DNA of 64,000 nt from the human T2T-CHM13v2.0 reference genome, Homo sapiens, in the NCBI RefSeq assembly GCF_009914755.1, contig NC_060927.1; one strand, 5' to 3'. The notes beneath the pieces are model-generated. The model was not told the DNA's origin, did not search any database, and saw only the letters and a program-made list of their open reading frames with translations. The position numbers were made by a program, and so were the translations under genes. Shown piece by piece: positions 30,005 through 45,600 of the stretch (its first letter is position 1; every line of letters begins with the position of its first letter).

Positions 30005-32739
30005 GGTGGTGTCTGCTGGATTTCTCCACTGTAAAGTTAATATTATTCTCTTTGTAACTAACACATAGTTTGGAGGACTTTGTGACTTTGTGCATTCTTC
30101 TTAGCCCAATTTAGGGAGTGTTTACTCAGTATGTGCAAAGTGGCCTTAATTGAAGTATACAGGTGTCACTGTTGTGGGGAATGTCTCCCAGCTGAATAGG
30201 GAGAATCAGAAGGTTGAGCCACAAAGAGTCAAGAGAGTCAGTGTCAGGTGGAGCTGGCAAGGAAGGAGCAGGTGGGGTGGCTGGAAGGCAGGGCATGGTG
30301 CGGTGGACAATACAGGAACGTAGGGCACATATGCAGCACTGAGGAGGCCTTCATAGAGCTGCCTGAGCAAAGGAGGAGTAAGACTGTGGGTACAGAAAGG
30401 GGAGCTGCCTTGGAGCTTGCAAATGACTCTTCATCTTATTTTTTTGGAAATAGAAAAAGATAATAATAATGAAATAATTGTTCCTAATTCTAAAATTTCC
30501 ATTGAAATATTTTTTCTGTTCTTTTTTTCCCCTGGCACAGAGCTAACTGACCTGGTGTCATCTGTTCCCAGAAGATGAAAGACAAATAATGAGGCCCAAA
30601 TCCCAACGGAAACCTGACTTCATTGATTAGGCCAAATGTGTTTCAGAATTATTGGTTTTTAACCCCCAAGGTGAGAAAAGGTCTTCAAACTCAGAACTAT
30701 AATTTTCCTCTTGTATGCTTATCAGTGATTTCAACAAAGGGACTGCAAGCTTTGTGGACTTTGACAAACCACCAGGAACTGTTCCGGGAGGCATCCCTGC
30801 TATCTTTGTCTTGGCTAATCTCAAACATGGAAGCCACATTCTTGTGTTTGTTTTCTCCGGCCGTGAGTTTGGTTGCCAGTTGCCTCACATTAAGCATCCA
30901 AGGGGGATTTGATTTCCTTTTTGATAAAATGGCTCAACTCTTTCCTCCATATTAAGATAAGGTGCTATGAGGAAAAGATCCCAATTTCCTTCTTAAAAAA
31001 AAAAAAAGCTGGGGTTTGTTTTGTTTTTGTTAATGAGGGAACAGGGACAGCCTGGATAACTAAAATCCACAAAACACCCTGAGTTAGTTCAGTCTCAAAC
31101 CCAAGCTGCAGACAGGCTTTCGGGCTGCTGGATTGAGACTCCAACAATCTCTTGCCCCGTCTCATGGAAGTGCTAAAGAGCAGATGATGAGAGAAGTCGC
31201 AAGAGAGTCTGGGCAAACCCACAAATTAAACCATCAACTCTCAGGTACATAAAACTGAACATATTAATGTTAGAGGGATGACGTTTATTCTCTGTATATC
31301 AAGCTCTGTCTGCCTGAGCCAGTCAGCACCAAAAGCAGATTCAGCACCTATGGCTTCTTGGCCAAAGTCTCCCTGTGAGGTGGTTGCTTTCGGGGGAGCC
31401 TTGAATAAGGGAGAGGTATAAGGAGGACAGTTGGCAGTTGGCTGAGCTCACACAATGCTGGCAGGAGCCTCTGAAACCATGCTCAGAGGCCCTGCCCAAA
31501 CCAGCTTCCTATAAAACACAAATTAAAAAAACAGGGGTAGAAAGAAATCACACTTTATGACAATTTCTGTAGTCCTCCTAGCTTCATTTCCTCCTGGCCT
31601 CCCCTGTTTCCTTCAAGTCCAAAACACATGGTAGCAAAATACTATAGCTCTCTAGTGTTTGTAATAAACTGCATGGCAAAATGAAGGAAAGGTGGGGGTA
31701 GGCGGCAAGCGAGATGGATTTCTTCCGGTACACCCGGGAGAAGCAATTAATTTTACTACAAATTTGGAGAGGGTGAATGTTCATGGCATACCATTTTGTT
31801 TCTGAGAGAAGACTCAAGCAAGTCATTACCTTCATTCTTCTTGGTACCACTGAGTTTTTGCCCCCACATTGGAAAAGTAACCTCTCCTACTTGCCTGCCA
31901 TGGGGAAATTCATTTTTGCTGAGTGAAGGTTTATGGGCTGAAAAAAAGAGCCTTGGGAAATAATTCAGTAAAATACAGGACTCTGAGAGGTGAAGCAGGC
32001 AGCAGCCTAGGTTACAAACATAATCTCTAAGCAGAGCCAGTAAAATAAAACAAAACCACTGTTTCAGACGCTGTATTTCTGGCTAAGGTTTCACTCTGCA
32101 ATAACTTTCAAAGTTACTCGTTTTAGTCAACATTATAAGGGTAAGTCAACATTTGTCCTGGCAGCAAGCCCAAATCTGTTATTTTATTAGTCTGCTACTG
32201 GTTAAATTGGCCCAAGATTAAACACATCTAATAAACAGCCCTAAAACATTGAAGTTTAGCAGAAAACCACATTCAATTCTCTTTACACAGGATGTTACTA
32301 TTACTTAACCTTGGGCAGAGGGAGAACTGCACACCCACACCCCTGTTAAGTTCCTTTTAGCAAACACCAGCCCCCACTGCCTGAAACTCATCTTGGTCAT
32401 GCCCAGACATGATGCTACAGACCTTCAGAGAAAGAGGAAGCCAAATATTTAGCTCTCTCTGCGGTCCCTGGCTCCACATCTGCCTTCTGAGGCAGAAAGG
32501 GCCAGATGCTCAGAGCTGGAGAACTTTAAAGAGTTCAACCTCCTTAAAAATTAGGAGAGTTGCCAGCAGCATCAAGTCTCTGTGGCCCTTATGGGAAGGC
32601 CAGCCATGGGCCCGGAGGATGTTTTCTCACATCAGGTTATGCATTTTTGGCAAGAATGCCACAGAAATAACGTGCCTATAATGCCACACCCATCCGCCGG
32701 TCTGGAAAATGGGGCTGGACATCCCTGGTTGGATGATGC

Positions 32740-32819
32740 CAACAAGGCACCCAGAGGTAGAAAAGGTCTCCTGGTCACACAACGAGGCACCCAGAGGTAG
32801 AAAAGATCTCCTGGTCACA
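32740..32819. repeat. 40-bp tandem duplication (2 copies)
   Basis: caac(a/g)aggcacccagaggtagaaaag(g/a)tctcctggtcaca x2, 38/40 identical. Confidence 0.95.
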
Positions 32820-35800
32820 GCCACGGGGTCCAGAGGACAGTCTCTGTGACTTTGGGGTTCCGGAGTCAGTCATTTCCTACTGACTTCTTGGAAACCTTTG
32901 GGTGGAATATATGTTCTGCATTTGTTTATCACTGTAAAAGGGATTCCCTCGCTTCCCCTTGGGTGGGGTTGGAGAAGGAGGAAAAGGATGCCACTGGAGT
33001 TCCATTCCTGCTTCTTTAAGGACATTTTCTGGGCTCTCTCAGAGCTTAGGAATAATCTGAATGCCTCTGCAGCAAGTGACAAAGTTCTTATCACTCTGGC
33101 CCAAAGAGTGCATTGATTCTTTGCAAAGGATCTAAGGATAAAATATGAGCCAACCTGTCTGGTCAGAGTGCAATACCCTACGACCTTGGGCCCAAAATAT
33201 AACCTCTATAAGCTAGTTTCCTCTACTGTGAAGTGAAGATGACTCTCCTACCTTCTCACAGAGTTGTTGGGAGGATCACAGGAGACTAGGTGTATAATAT
33301 GCTTGGCAGACACCCGCCTGTTAGTCCTCAGTAAATATCAGAGTATTGTCCTTATTTCTGTTGTCCTGGGAGAGGCATGGTCTCTCTGCCAGCCTGCGCC
33401 CCTGCCCTCTTCTATTCCCTGCAGCACTGGATTTTGCCTTGATCCTTCCAGGGACAAAGCTAGAGTTCCACGTCACCTGCCAGAATCATACCAATAACTG
33501 CTCTGGCCACTGAGGCTGCTACGAGACCATGTATTTTGATGCCATATTCCTGCCTTCCTTTTCTTCCTGTGGTTTTATCATCTGTTTAGTCAAGCTCTGG
33601 CTGGATACGGCAAAACTAGCGGTGGTCTGGCAGGATTCAAGGCTATATTGGAAGAAAGGAAAGCAGTAAAATCTCAAGATAAGGACCCAAGTCCTAATCT
33701 TGGGTCCTTATAGATGGGTCTTGAGGTTTGCATTATCCTCCCACCCGCCCACTGCCACCAACACTGCTGAATTATGGGCTAGAAGAGCTGGTCTCCAGTC
33801 TTGCCAGATCCCAATACTGTCTGGAATTAGGCAATGAGAGGAACTCTGGTCATTCAACCCATGTCGGATGTGCAAGGTGAAACTTCACAAAAATAATGTG
33901 TAACCAAGAAAGGACCACACAGAACCACAGAAAAGTCCTCTCTCTTTCTCATCCATCTGTCGTTCTTTGAAGCTCAGCATTATCTTGCTTCCCAGAAGAG
34001 GAAAAAGAAGTAGGGAGATGAAAAAGGGTGCTCAGATCTTAATCTCAGTGTCCCAAAGGAAGGACAGACTGTTCCAGCTGAATCTGGGATGATCAAACAC
34101 ATCTCAGGCAAGCAAAGCTGACAGTCAGGTCTGTCATCCGACTGAAAACTAGACAGGGACCAGGGATCCTAACTGGTTGCTGGGTAAAAACTACAGGGAC
34201 GTCTGACCAAGGGCACTGGGTCTGCAGAAGAAAATGGATCCCCTTCTCTTGATGTCTAGTTGGTTTCCGTTTTTGACAAGAACAACGGTTTTGAGCAGAC
34301 AGGCCTTGCAGAGATGTGACCTCCAGAAAGAAACACAAAATATGTTCAAGATGCTCCCTGGTTAACTCCCAGCTGTCCCTTCTAGCACAAATTATCCCTT
34401 CAAATGTTTGGTCCATGTGTGTCCTCAGGAGCACATGTCCACACTTAGAACCAGGGGACACAGCACCCGGGTGTTTTAGAGCACTCTGCTCCCAGCCGAA
34501 AACAGAATACATTGAAATCTGATTATTCAGAATGGAAAAAGCTACTAGTCAAACAACCACATGGGATTGATTAAATTGGAAATAAATTTTTAAAAATCTT
34601 AAACTTTCCTGTTTTTGGCTTTCAGCTGACATGTTACCACTCACTGAGCAAGGGTATGCAGATAAATAAGTTACAAAGCATGCTGTTCAGGAAACTGTGA
34701 GGTAAGTAATCTATAATGGATTCATCTGGCATTTCTGTTGCCCCCACACCCCCCAAATGAGCAGATGAATAGCTTCAAAATGTTATTCTTTGGGAGGGGT
34801 GTATGTGCATGTGTGCACAACACAAAACTGATTTCATTTGTTGAGACACTTTCCATCCTGTAGTGCATTTTTAATGACAAGAATTTAAAAATACCCAGTA
34901 ACAACGGATTTTTCCAAAGGTTCATAACAAACACTGGCTCTCAGTGCTGTACATCTGCAACCTTGAAACATAGTGATTACGTGTTATTTTGAACTCTCAG
35001 CAATTAATATGCAACCAGATGTATCATTATCTACAGTTTATTAAAATGCAGAAGCCTGTGAATATAAAAAAATGATGCAGCACACAACAAAGAAGGCAAG
35101 GAGCTCAGAGACTCAGCTCTGCTCCCAGCATCACTCTCAGCTAGTTTCAATTCCAAAGAGATAATGGGGAAAATGGGTAGACAGTGGCAACTGACTTAAA
35201 ATGAAAGAATAAATACAAACCTGTGATTTGGTTGTTGGGTTTTGTTAAAAAAAAAAAAAAAGTTGGCTAGCCATTGTAGAGTCAGTGGTAAGGGATGTCA
35301 ATAAAAGTTTCCAGAAAAGACAAGGACATTCTGGTGGTAAAATAAAAATGGTATTTATTCCTGAGGCAAAGGATGCCTGCAGCAGAGAGCAGCAAGGTTC
35401 TCAAGTGTTTTCCAATATGGGCCATCTACAGAGGGGAGGATTCCTTTGAAGACTGCTGGGAGTCTAAATTGGCAAAATAATTTCCTTGGTAAAGGTTTCC
35501 CAAGCACTGCCAGGTTGGGAAGGGCACAAGGATGAAGTGGAAGGTTCTTCTTTTACATGCCAGGCCCTCCTTCCCTCTGCCCCAACATTTGAGAGTCAAG
35601 CGAGGGGCGCCCCTGAGTTTGCAAAGCAGGACTGTGCAGAGGGCCACTTGACCCTGCAAAGCTTCGATCAATTGCGATTAAATAAATTATACCCTGCCAA
35701 GGCACTTGCCTACTCACAGACTCTAGCAATTTTCTAGAAACAGAGCAGTCATCCTACTACACCTGACGCAGGTGTGACTCTTGTGACTCTGAAGCACTAT

Positions 35801-36061
35801 ATAAACAATGAGGGAAGCCTAGGAAAGGAAAGGAGGCACCAAGAGCCATGGAGTCACACACGCTCTCATCTATGCCATACAGCAACCCCGTTATCCTGTT
35901 TCATAGAGGAGGAAGCAGGTGTTCAGAGAAGTGAGATGACTTCCTCCAAGTCATACCCAGTAATTAACTGGCAGTGGTGAAATCTGAATTCAAATCTACC
36001 TGCCTTGAAAACTTTCCCCGCCACCCCGACACTGGCTTCCCAGGATATACAACTTCCTCTG

Positions 36062-36090
36062 ATAATAATAATAATAATAATAATAATAAT
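36062..36090. repeat. (AAT)n microsatellite next to a MIR
   Basis: About 9 pure ATA units, followed by MIR-like sequence to about 36300. Confidence 0.9.
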
Positions 36091-37374
36091 ATAATAGCAA
36101 TATACAGGAGGACTTTGTGCTAGGCTGTGCCAAAGTGCTTTCTGTGCATTATTTCCTTGACTTCTCTTAAGTTAGTGCTATTAATATACCCATTTCACAG
36201 TGTAGGCAACTGAGACTCAGAGGCGTTAAGGGCCTCGCCTGAAGTCACACAGTCCAAATTGAGCCCAAGGCTATTAACTCAGCAAGGCCTGGGTTCTTAA
36301 TTAACCACAGCATTGTTAGTTTCCTAAACCAGGGAGGAACCCTGAAACGAATAGGCTGTAGAGGCAGAAAGGAAGTAGACACTGACGCAGGGTGTGGAGG
36401 AGGACAGAATGTTCATTTGGCATTCAAGCCCTATCACTCTGGAATCAGCAGCTCCTCTTGACTCCTCCCTCAGAATCTTAGTGAGCCCAGGTTCAAAGGT
36501 GTCCCGCTTATGTGCCCCCAGAAGATGCTGCCCTCTGCTAAGGGCACACTTGAGGACTGGGGGGTGGCGGGCATCCAGCATCAGGGAGCCTATTGGATGA
36601 CCACTTCTCAGTATTCCCCCTCCATAGTCTGCCAAGCTCCCCAATGAAATTGCCTGCTTCTCCCCCTCCTCGTGGTTGACAGTCACTACCCGTATTGTCG
36701 TGTTGTTAATGACTTGGTCAAACTGAAGTAGAAGTTCCTTGAGGACAGAAAGCATGGCTTTTCTAAACCAGGGGGAACATGATACACAGAGCCAGGTCTC
36801 AATAAATATTTATGGACAATTAAAGAGCATTAGGGGTCATTTTTTAGTTGTCTAGCTCTTTACCAGCTCATATCCATCACACTATGGAGTTTCCCTACAT
36901 TTCCAACAAAGGATCTATTTATAGTTAAAGCACCCTGCAAATGAATAGGGCATGAAGAGCTCAAAGCAACCTAATCCACCCTCATCTGCTTGCCTTGGGT
37001 CTGTGTCCGTGGTTGGCACTTGGCTAGGATTCTCAGATGATGCATGTCAGGTGGGAGCCGGCCTCAGGACAACTTGCTCCCTACTCCTCTGGCCAGGGTG
37101 CCTCTCTACCCAGAGCTCACACACCAACCCCTGTCTGAAAGTCATTCTGGGAACAACCAGAAAGCCACACTAGATTTTTTTGTTATTCTACCTGGCAGAA
37201 ATGAATGTGAAGCTTGCCAGTATGCTTGGAACATCTTTTGTTTTAAAAATAATAATGCCCAATGCTAACTCTGATCTCTTTATTTCCTACAAAGGAAGGA
37301 GCTACCTCCTAGCAGATGCCTTGCTAAGTATAACCACCTATAGCTTCTACTCAACTGATCTACGTTCAAGATAG

Positions 37375-37375
<1 letters not shown>

Positions 37376-37424
<49 letters not shown>
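37376..37424. repeat. Pure (CTG)/(CAG) trinucleotide repeat, 15-16 units
   Basis: 49 uninterrupted nt: (TGC)16 plus T. Confidence 0.98.
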
Positions 37425-39475
37425 AATGACCTATTAAGTACTTGTTTGGTGGAAGCCCTTTATATGCCTATTTCATCTTCACAATTCCCTTGCAAATTCC
37501 CAATTTTCAGATGAGGAAACTAGGGCTTAGAGGATGAGACACAAGTCCAAGATCTCTCAGCTCACAGGTGGCCAAGTGCGGATTCAAACTCAGTTCAGGC
37601 TGACTTCCAAATCCAAATTCTTAACCAGTACATTCTAGGGCTGACTCCAATTAAAGTGTAATCTCACCCAATCCTTCCCACCAGAGTGAAGGGAAAAAGG
37701 AACAGGATGGTTTGAATCATTTTAGCTGGCACTTTGGCATGTTCTTTGACGCTTTGAAAAGAAAAAGATTTATGTTCTGAGAACAGAAATCTACTTTTAT
37801 TTTTTAAGTTGGCTAACGTAGCACAGATTCATTTCCTATAACACATTAAAGCCAATTTTTATCTACTTAGTATCTGAAATTTGGGTCCTATGCTAAATGT
37901 CCAAATTTCAAGTTTAGTTTGCAAGTGACTGTGTCAAACTTGGGAACTTATTGTAGAATTCTAATCCTAGAAAGCCCCTCAGAACATGCCTTGTTCACTG
38001 TTTCCAAACTCTCTGTATTGCCATGATAATTTTTTGCCATATGTACATATCACCTGAGCTATTATGTACTATTTCCTTAATTAGTCATTTTTTACTTAAA
38101 AACTTATTGTAAAAATAAACTCTATCACTGCCTTAAATGGAAAATCACTATCACCTGCCATAAACAGAAACTAACTTTAAAAAATGAACCCTGAGGCCTA
38201 CACTTAGTTACACAGGGAAATTATCAAGTGATGGGGAGGTGTTAAAGACACACTAATTCCAAGTGGAAACTTGAAATAATCAGAAGGATCAGATAATTTA
38301 AAAGGGAAAGTGATTAAATTATTTTGTGATTTGTCTTTATAAGATTTGAGCTGCCCAAGTGGTATGAAACCCACCTTCTGGGAAACAATGAACTAATCCA
38401 GTCCTCTCATTCCAGAAACAGACTCTGAAATTCCAAGAAGCTAAGCCTACCTTTGCCCTGTCCCCAGCTACTTGGGAAGCTCTTATAAGAACCAGCTTAG
38501 AAATAAATGCTGCATTTAAGAGACTTCCGAAGCAAGCTCCTGTTCCTCGATGTTGGTGCCAGAATCAAGCTCACTCTTCTAGGCCTTTGGAACCTGGGCA
38601 TAAAGCATTCAGAGACTAATAAGAGAATGCAACATGTCTTTTCTGATGCTCTCTCCTTCAAAGCTCTCAGATAAGTCACCACCAAACATCTGAGGAGGAA
38701 GGAGGTGGAGGTGACAGTTCATCATGCATCTGTGGCTTACACACAAGAAACCATCAGTTTTCCCTCTTCTAACAGCTTATTTCCTTCTTTACAGTGGTTT
38801 CTGACTCCTTCTGCAAGATCACACCCAGACATCCCCAACACAATCACCAGGATGGCTGAGAAAATGAACCAAGACTGCCAAAACCTAACATGATATTGAT
38901 GAGCCACTTCCACCCCTCCCCAACCTGTGTGAAGTCAAAAATTAAAAATAGTCTTCCCCAGTGACCTTTAGTTATCTTCTCTGTATTTGCCTGGGGTCGT
39001 TCTTGAAATGCCTGCGTGACTTGCGATTATGAAATGTTAGTATGCCAACATAAGATAGCACACTTGAAATGGGAGCTTGCCCTGGCCTTGGGTTCAGAAA
39101 GCACCCACAGGGAAGACTTACCATTTTGCCCCCCTCGGCCATCTGGCCCAACTCCATCTCTTTCTGCCACTAGCTTGTTCCCTTTTTCTTTCTGTAGCGT
39201 CTTCCTCTAGGAAGACTCCACATTTCCAAATCTGACAGCCCATGGCAAGTCCAAAACATTCACCTTTCTTTTTTCCTTTTCACATTTTTTTTTCAAGGTT
39301 CTGACATAGGCTGTCAGCTTTATTTAATTCAATCAGGTTGCCAACTTCTAATGCTAATGGTATCTACAGAAAGAGTGCCCTCAGGAAATGCTGTATTTCT
39401 TCTTACTATTTATCACCTCTGCTGCAAACATTAGGTCTGCAGAGTTCAGAAAGACATCATTTTAAGATATGTCGT

Positions 39476-39815
39476 GGCCAGAAGTGGTGGCTTATGCCTG
39501 TAATCCCAGCACCTTGGGAGGCCGAGGTGGGAGGATTACTTGAACCCCGGAGTTCGAGACCAGTCTGGGCAACATAATGAGACCCTGACTCTAGAAAAAT
39601 AAAACAATTGAAAGAAAATTAGCCAGGCATGGTGGCACACGCCTGTAGTCCTAGCTGTAGTCCTAGGACTACAGCTGTAGCTACTCTGGAGGCTGAGGTG
39701 GGTGGGAGGATCGCTTGAACCTGAGAGGTTAAGGCTGCAGTGAGCCATGATTGTGCCACTGCACTCCAGCCTAGGCAACAGAACAAGACCCTATTTCTAA
39801 CACAAACCAACAAAC
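39476..39815 (+). mobile_element. AluJ with an internal palindromic insertion
   Basis: J-type dimer with extra sequence at about 39653-39680. Confidence 0.88.
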
Positions 39816-40222
39816 GAAATACATCACCTATGTATACAGAAGTTTTTATCTATCCATTCCTTGTGGGCTTTTCGTTTTAACAGTGATCTCACATCAAATT
39901 TAAAGTAGGGCCTTGCAGTTGGAGATTACTCTGCACAGTGTTCTGGCTAACTTTAACGGGGTTCACTTAGAACACCCCCAGAGAGACAGTGCTGCTTATC
40001 ACCTACCCAGAACCATGACTGGCTTAAGCCAACATTGTGGCACGCCAAGAGGTCAAGGCTGGGCAAGGAGGGACCAACATTTGGGCCCTGCCTCCTAATT
40101 TCTCTGAATCTCTTTTTCCTCAGTTGACAAACAAAAAGGACAGCTTCAGAAAAAAAGAAAAATGAAGAAAAAATGAAAAACTAAAAAAAGAAAACCTAAA
40201 AACAAACAAAATAGCAAAATTA

Positions 40223-40600
<378 letters not shown>

Positions 40601-41159
40601 CTACATCCCATATGCACACATATAGGTTTAAATTGGTTATAATGAGTATATAATCATGCTCAACTTTTTTTCCTCTTTATTTGTTCCAGGAACACTAGGG
40701 TATTTCTGTTTGCTAGTGAGTAATGGCTGCAAATGATGTCACTGACCCCTGTGCCAGAGGCCATGGTCATGGAGCTATTGCTCTATTGTAGGACAGAGAG
40801 GTTGTTGGCTTTTCTGGCCAGTTAAATAGGAAAGGATGCTAGACTGGAACCAAACCATCAGACTTCAAGCTCCAGCTAGGCCATTCCCAGCTGTGTGATC
40901 TTGGGCAAATCATTGGACCTCTCTGACCCTTGGTATCTCGTCTTTAAAATGAGGACAATTATATACTCAAGTAAGTCAAAGAATATGAAAGTGCCTAAAA
41001 CTGTAAAATGCACAAATACAAAGCATGGCTATTATTGCAAATAATGTCATTATGAACAACTTTGGAAACACAGCCTTTTCTCCACTAGAGCTAGAATACT
41101 ACGCCCAAAGATCTGAACAATTTTTGTCTTTTAGTATGCACAGAAAGTGTGTTATTTTC

Positions 41160-41300
41160 TTTTTCTTATTTTTTTTTTTTTAAATAGAGACAAGGTCTTG
41201 CTATGTTGCGCAGGCTGGTCCCAAACTCCTGGGCTCAAGCAATCTGCCTGCCTCAGCCTCCCAAAGTGCTATGATTACAGGCATGAGACACTGTGCCCCA
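41160..41300 (-). mobile_element. FLAM_C-like Alu monomer
   Basis: Single left arm. Confidence 0.8.
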
Positions 41301-41344
41301 CCAATAAGTGTATTATTTTCCTGCAACATTCACGGCATTGGGTT

Positions 41345-41968
<624 letters not shown>

Positions 41969-42555
41969 TAAAAATAGTTGCAACATCAGTTAGGTATAAA
42001 ATAGCACCTTATTATTGCCTTTTTCATTTCTATAATTCCTACTAGAGTGAACATTTTAAATCTTTACTGTTCCTTGTGTATGAACTACCTTCTAGTATCT
42101 TTGGCTTATTTGTCAATGAATATCTTAGGGTATTTTTTAAATATCTGTATAAATTATTTATATGACAAAGATGTTAATCTTTAGTCTGTCATTTTTATTT
42201 CAAAAATCTTTTTCAATATATTAGTGTACTTCTCTTGTCTAAAGAAGCATATTAAGCCTAAAAGAAATCCTGTTTGTTGACATAGTATCATACAGTATCC
42301 TTGCACTTATTAATACTCAAGTTTTTCAGGCACACTAAAGATGTCCAGAAGAAATAAGCAAGGACAGGAAAGAGATAGGACAGTATGTCACATTTGGAAA
42401 AGTTAAGGGAACCAGGAATACCAGGCCAGGAGAAGGAAAACATCTGAGGGGAGAGAGGGAGAGGAGAGAATGCACATGAGTGTGGAGTGGGAGAGGTGCA
42501 GAGAGAGAGTGGTTTTCAAATACTTACAGGGATAACACATAAGAAAGTATTACTG

Positions 42556-42857
<302 letters not shown>

Positions 42858-42944
42858 GAAAGTATTACTGAACATTGCTGCAGGAAGCAATGTTACAACT
42901 AAGAAAGGATTTTCTCATCATCTATACTGAACACAGACGGAGTA

Positions 42945-43560
<616 letters not shown>

Positions 43561-44000
43561 TGAAATGTTGTCCCTGGAGGTGTTAAGCAGAGATTGAATG
43601 GATCTGGCAGCAGATAAGAATTGGGCTACATGTTCTCAACAGGCCTTTCCCACTCTGAAGTTCTCTGATGCAATGACCCTGGGTCATTTCCTGGAGGCTG
43701 GATTTGTTTGCTTCATAAATCCTCAGAAAAAAAGAGCCTGTTTTGCTACTCCTTTCCTCCTCATCTTAAGAGCCAGAAAGAAGAAAAAAGTCTAGTGAAC
43801 TTACCGTTAAGGTTTCTCATTCAGCTTCAATTAACTGAAATTTACTAACAATCAGGGCTACCTTCTCTCAAAAGGACACAATGGTCCAAACAGAAAGTCC
43901 GGGCACAAGTGTTTCTAGACTTAAAAAGAGCCACTCCTTTCCCAGCCAGTAGAAGGTTTGGAAACCTTTCCTGATTAGCCTGTGACACAGTCTCTCTCTC

Positions 44001-44278
44001 TTTTTTTTTTTTGAAGATGGACTCTTGCTCTGTTGCTCAGACTGGAGTGGCGCTCGGCTCACTGCAATCTCTGCCTCCCAGGTTCAAGTGATTCTCCTGC
44101 CTCACCCTCCTGAGTAGCTTGGATTACAGGTGTGCGCCACCACGCCTGGCTAATTTTTGAATTTTTAGTAGAGATGGGGTTTCACCGTTGGTCAGGCTGG
44201 TCTTGAACTCCTGACCTCGTGATCCGACCACCTCAGCCTCCAAGTGCTAGGACTACAGGCGTGAGCCACCACACTGGG
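44001..44278 (-). mobile_element. AluSg-like
   Basis: Dimer; TSD tgacacag(t/c)ctct. Confidence 0.9.
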
Positions 44279-45359
44279 CATGACACAGCCTCTTCTAAAC
44301 TAGTTATTGGTGTCAACTAATTAAAAAAAAAAAAAGGAAGGCAATAGAAACCACTGGCTTTCACTCCTGACAGTCCATGAGCCAACATAAGAATAAATGG
44401 CAATGCAGTCACGGCAATTTCCTCATTTTGTGTGACCTCTACCCATTATCAAGGCTGACAAATTATGGAAGGCAACTGCACACATACATGACAAAGTAGC
44501 CCTTCCAGATACACACATCATCAATAACAATTACATTTACACAGGGCTTTGCAAAATTAGGTTGTGATCAGTAATTTATTTTCTTTCAGTAGTTATGAAA
44601 ACGGTGGCATCTGTCCAGGATTTTTACGGGCAATCACAGGGTGTCTCGAGAAAATGACACAATTTGCAAATATCCAGATGGTATTTGGGCCTTCCAGTGA
44701 TTGGTTTACACAGAAGGCTTGTGGTTAATATAGATAAGCAAAATGACTAACAGAACTGACGGTGGCACCTCCACACAGCTAAGCATGCAGAATTCTGCCA
44801 AAGACCAGCTCCTTGGTCTTGAGAAACACAAAATGAAAATTACTAAAACCCTCCCAAATGGGGGCTTGCAAATCCCACTCCCGTGGGTTGCAGCCGTTCT
44901 ATGAAGTGGGCTGCCAGAAGTATTGACTAATGGTGGGGTTTCCTACCCAGACACTCAGGAAAAAAATGGGCCTTTGAGCATCAGGCAATTTTTTGGGCAG
45001 GTGGGTTCATCCTTCACGTGTTATGAGGTGAGAAGACCAATGATTTAGTCACTTAGAGGCAATGTGATGTGGTTGGAAAAGTACAGACTTCAGGGTCAAC
45101 TGGGATTTTAGTCTCATCTCCTTGACCCAGCATTAAAGCCATCCTGGGAAAGCCACTACCCTGTTCTGAGCCTGTTTCTTCTTCTACAAAACAGGGCATT
45201 AATACCAACCTCATAGGATTACTGTGATGATGAAAGGACTTACGGTAAAGCCCCTAATGCACTGCTGTGTGTAAAACAACATTCAGGAAATTAGGCTGGT
45301 GATCATCATGTTTCTTAAAACCATTTTAAGAATCTTTTTTTTTGAAATGTAAAGGTCTT

Positions 45360-45600
45360 AATAATAATGACATTTTTTGAGCACTTACGACATGCTAGGC
45401 ACTATGGTTAGCGCTGTATATGAAACATCTCGTTTGACCCTCACTATGGTCCTAGGAGTTAGAGCTCTCATCATCTCCATTTTACCATTGAGGAAACAGG
45501 TTTGGAGAGGCACAGTAGCTTGTCCAAGGTCACATCAACTAGCAGGTGGTGGAGACAGCATTGAGACTCAGGCAGTCTTATTCCAGTCAATGCCCTTGAA
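45360..45600 (-). mobile_element. MIR
   Basis: ttgagcacttac..ccattttaccattgaggaaacagg..ccaaggtcacatc. Confidence 0.75.

Larger units (their letters stand above)
28680..30070 (-). mobile_element. L1MB/L1MC 3' end interrupted by MLT1 and Alu
   Basis: L1M 3' terminus (gatttacagaagagttgcaaaa..); sequence resumes after 30004. Confidence 0.7.

Noticed and set aside
32632-32656. 25-bp exact match to sequence near 29104
   Set aside because: Best explained as two fragments of related L1M 3' sequence
43799-43820. Strong minus-strand donor ACG|GTAAGT after an ATG
   Set aside because: Phase 1, out of frame with the next exon; no acceptor or promoter evidence
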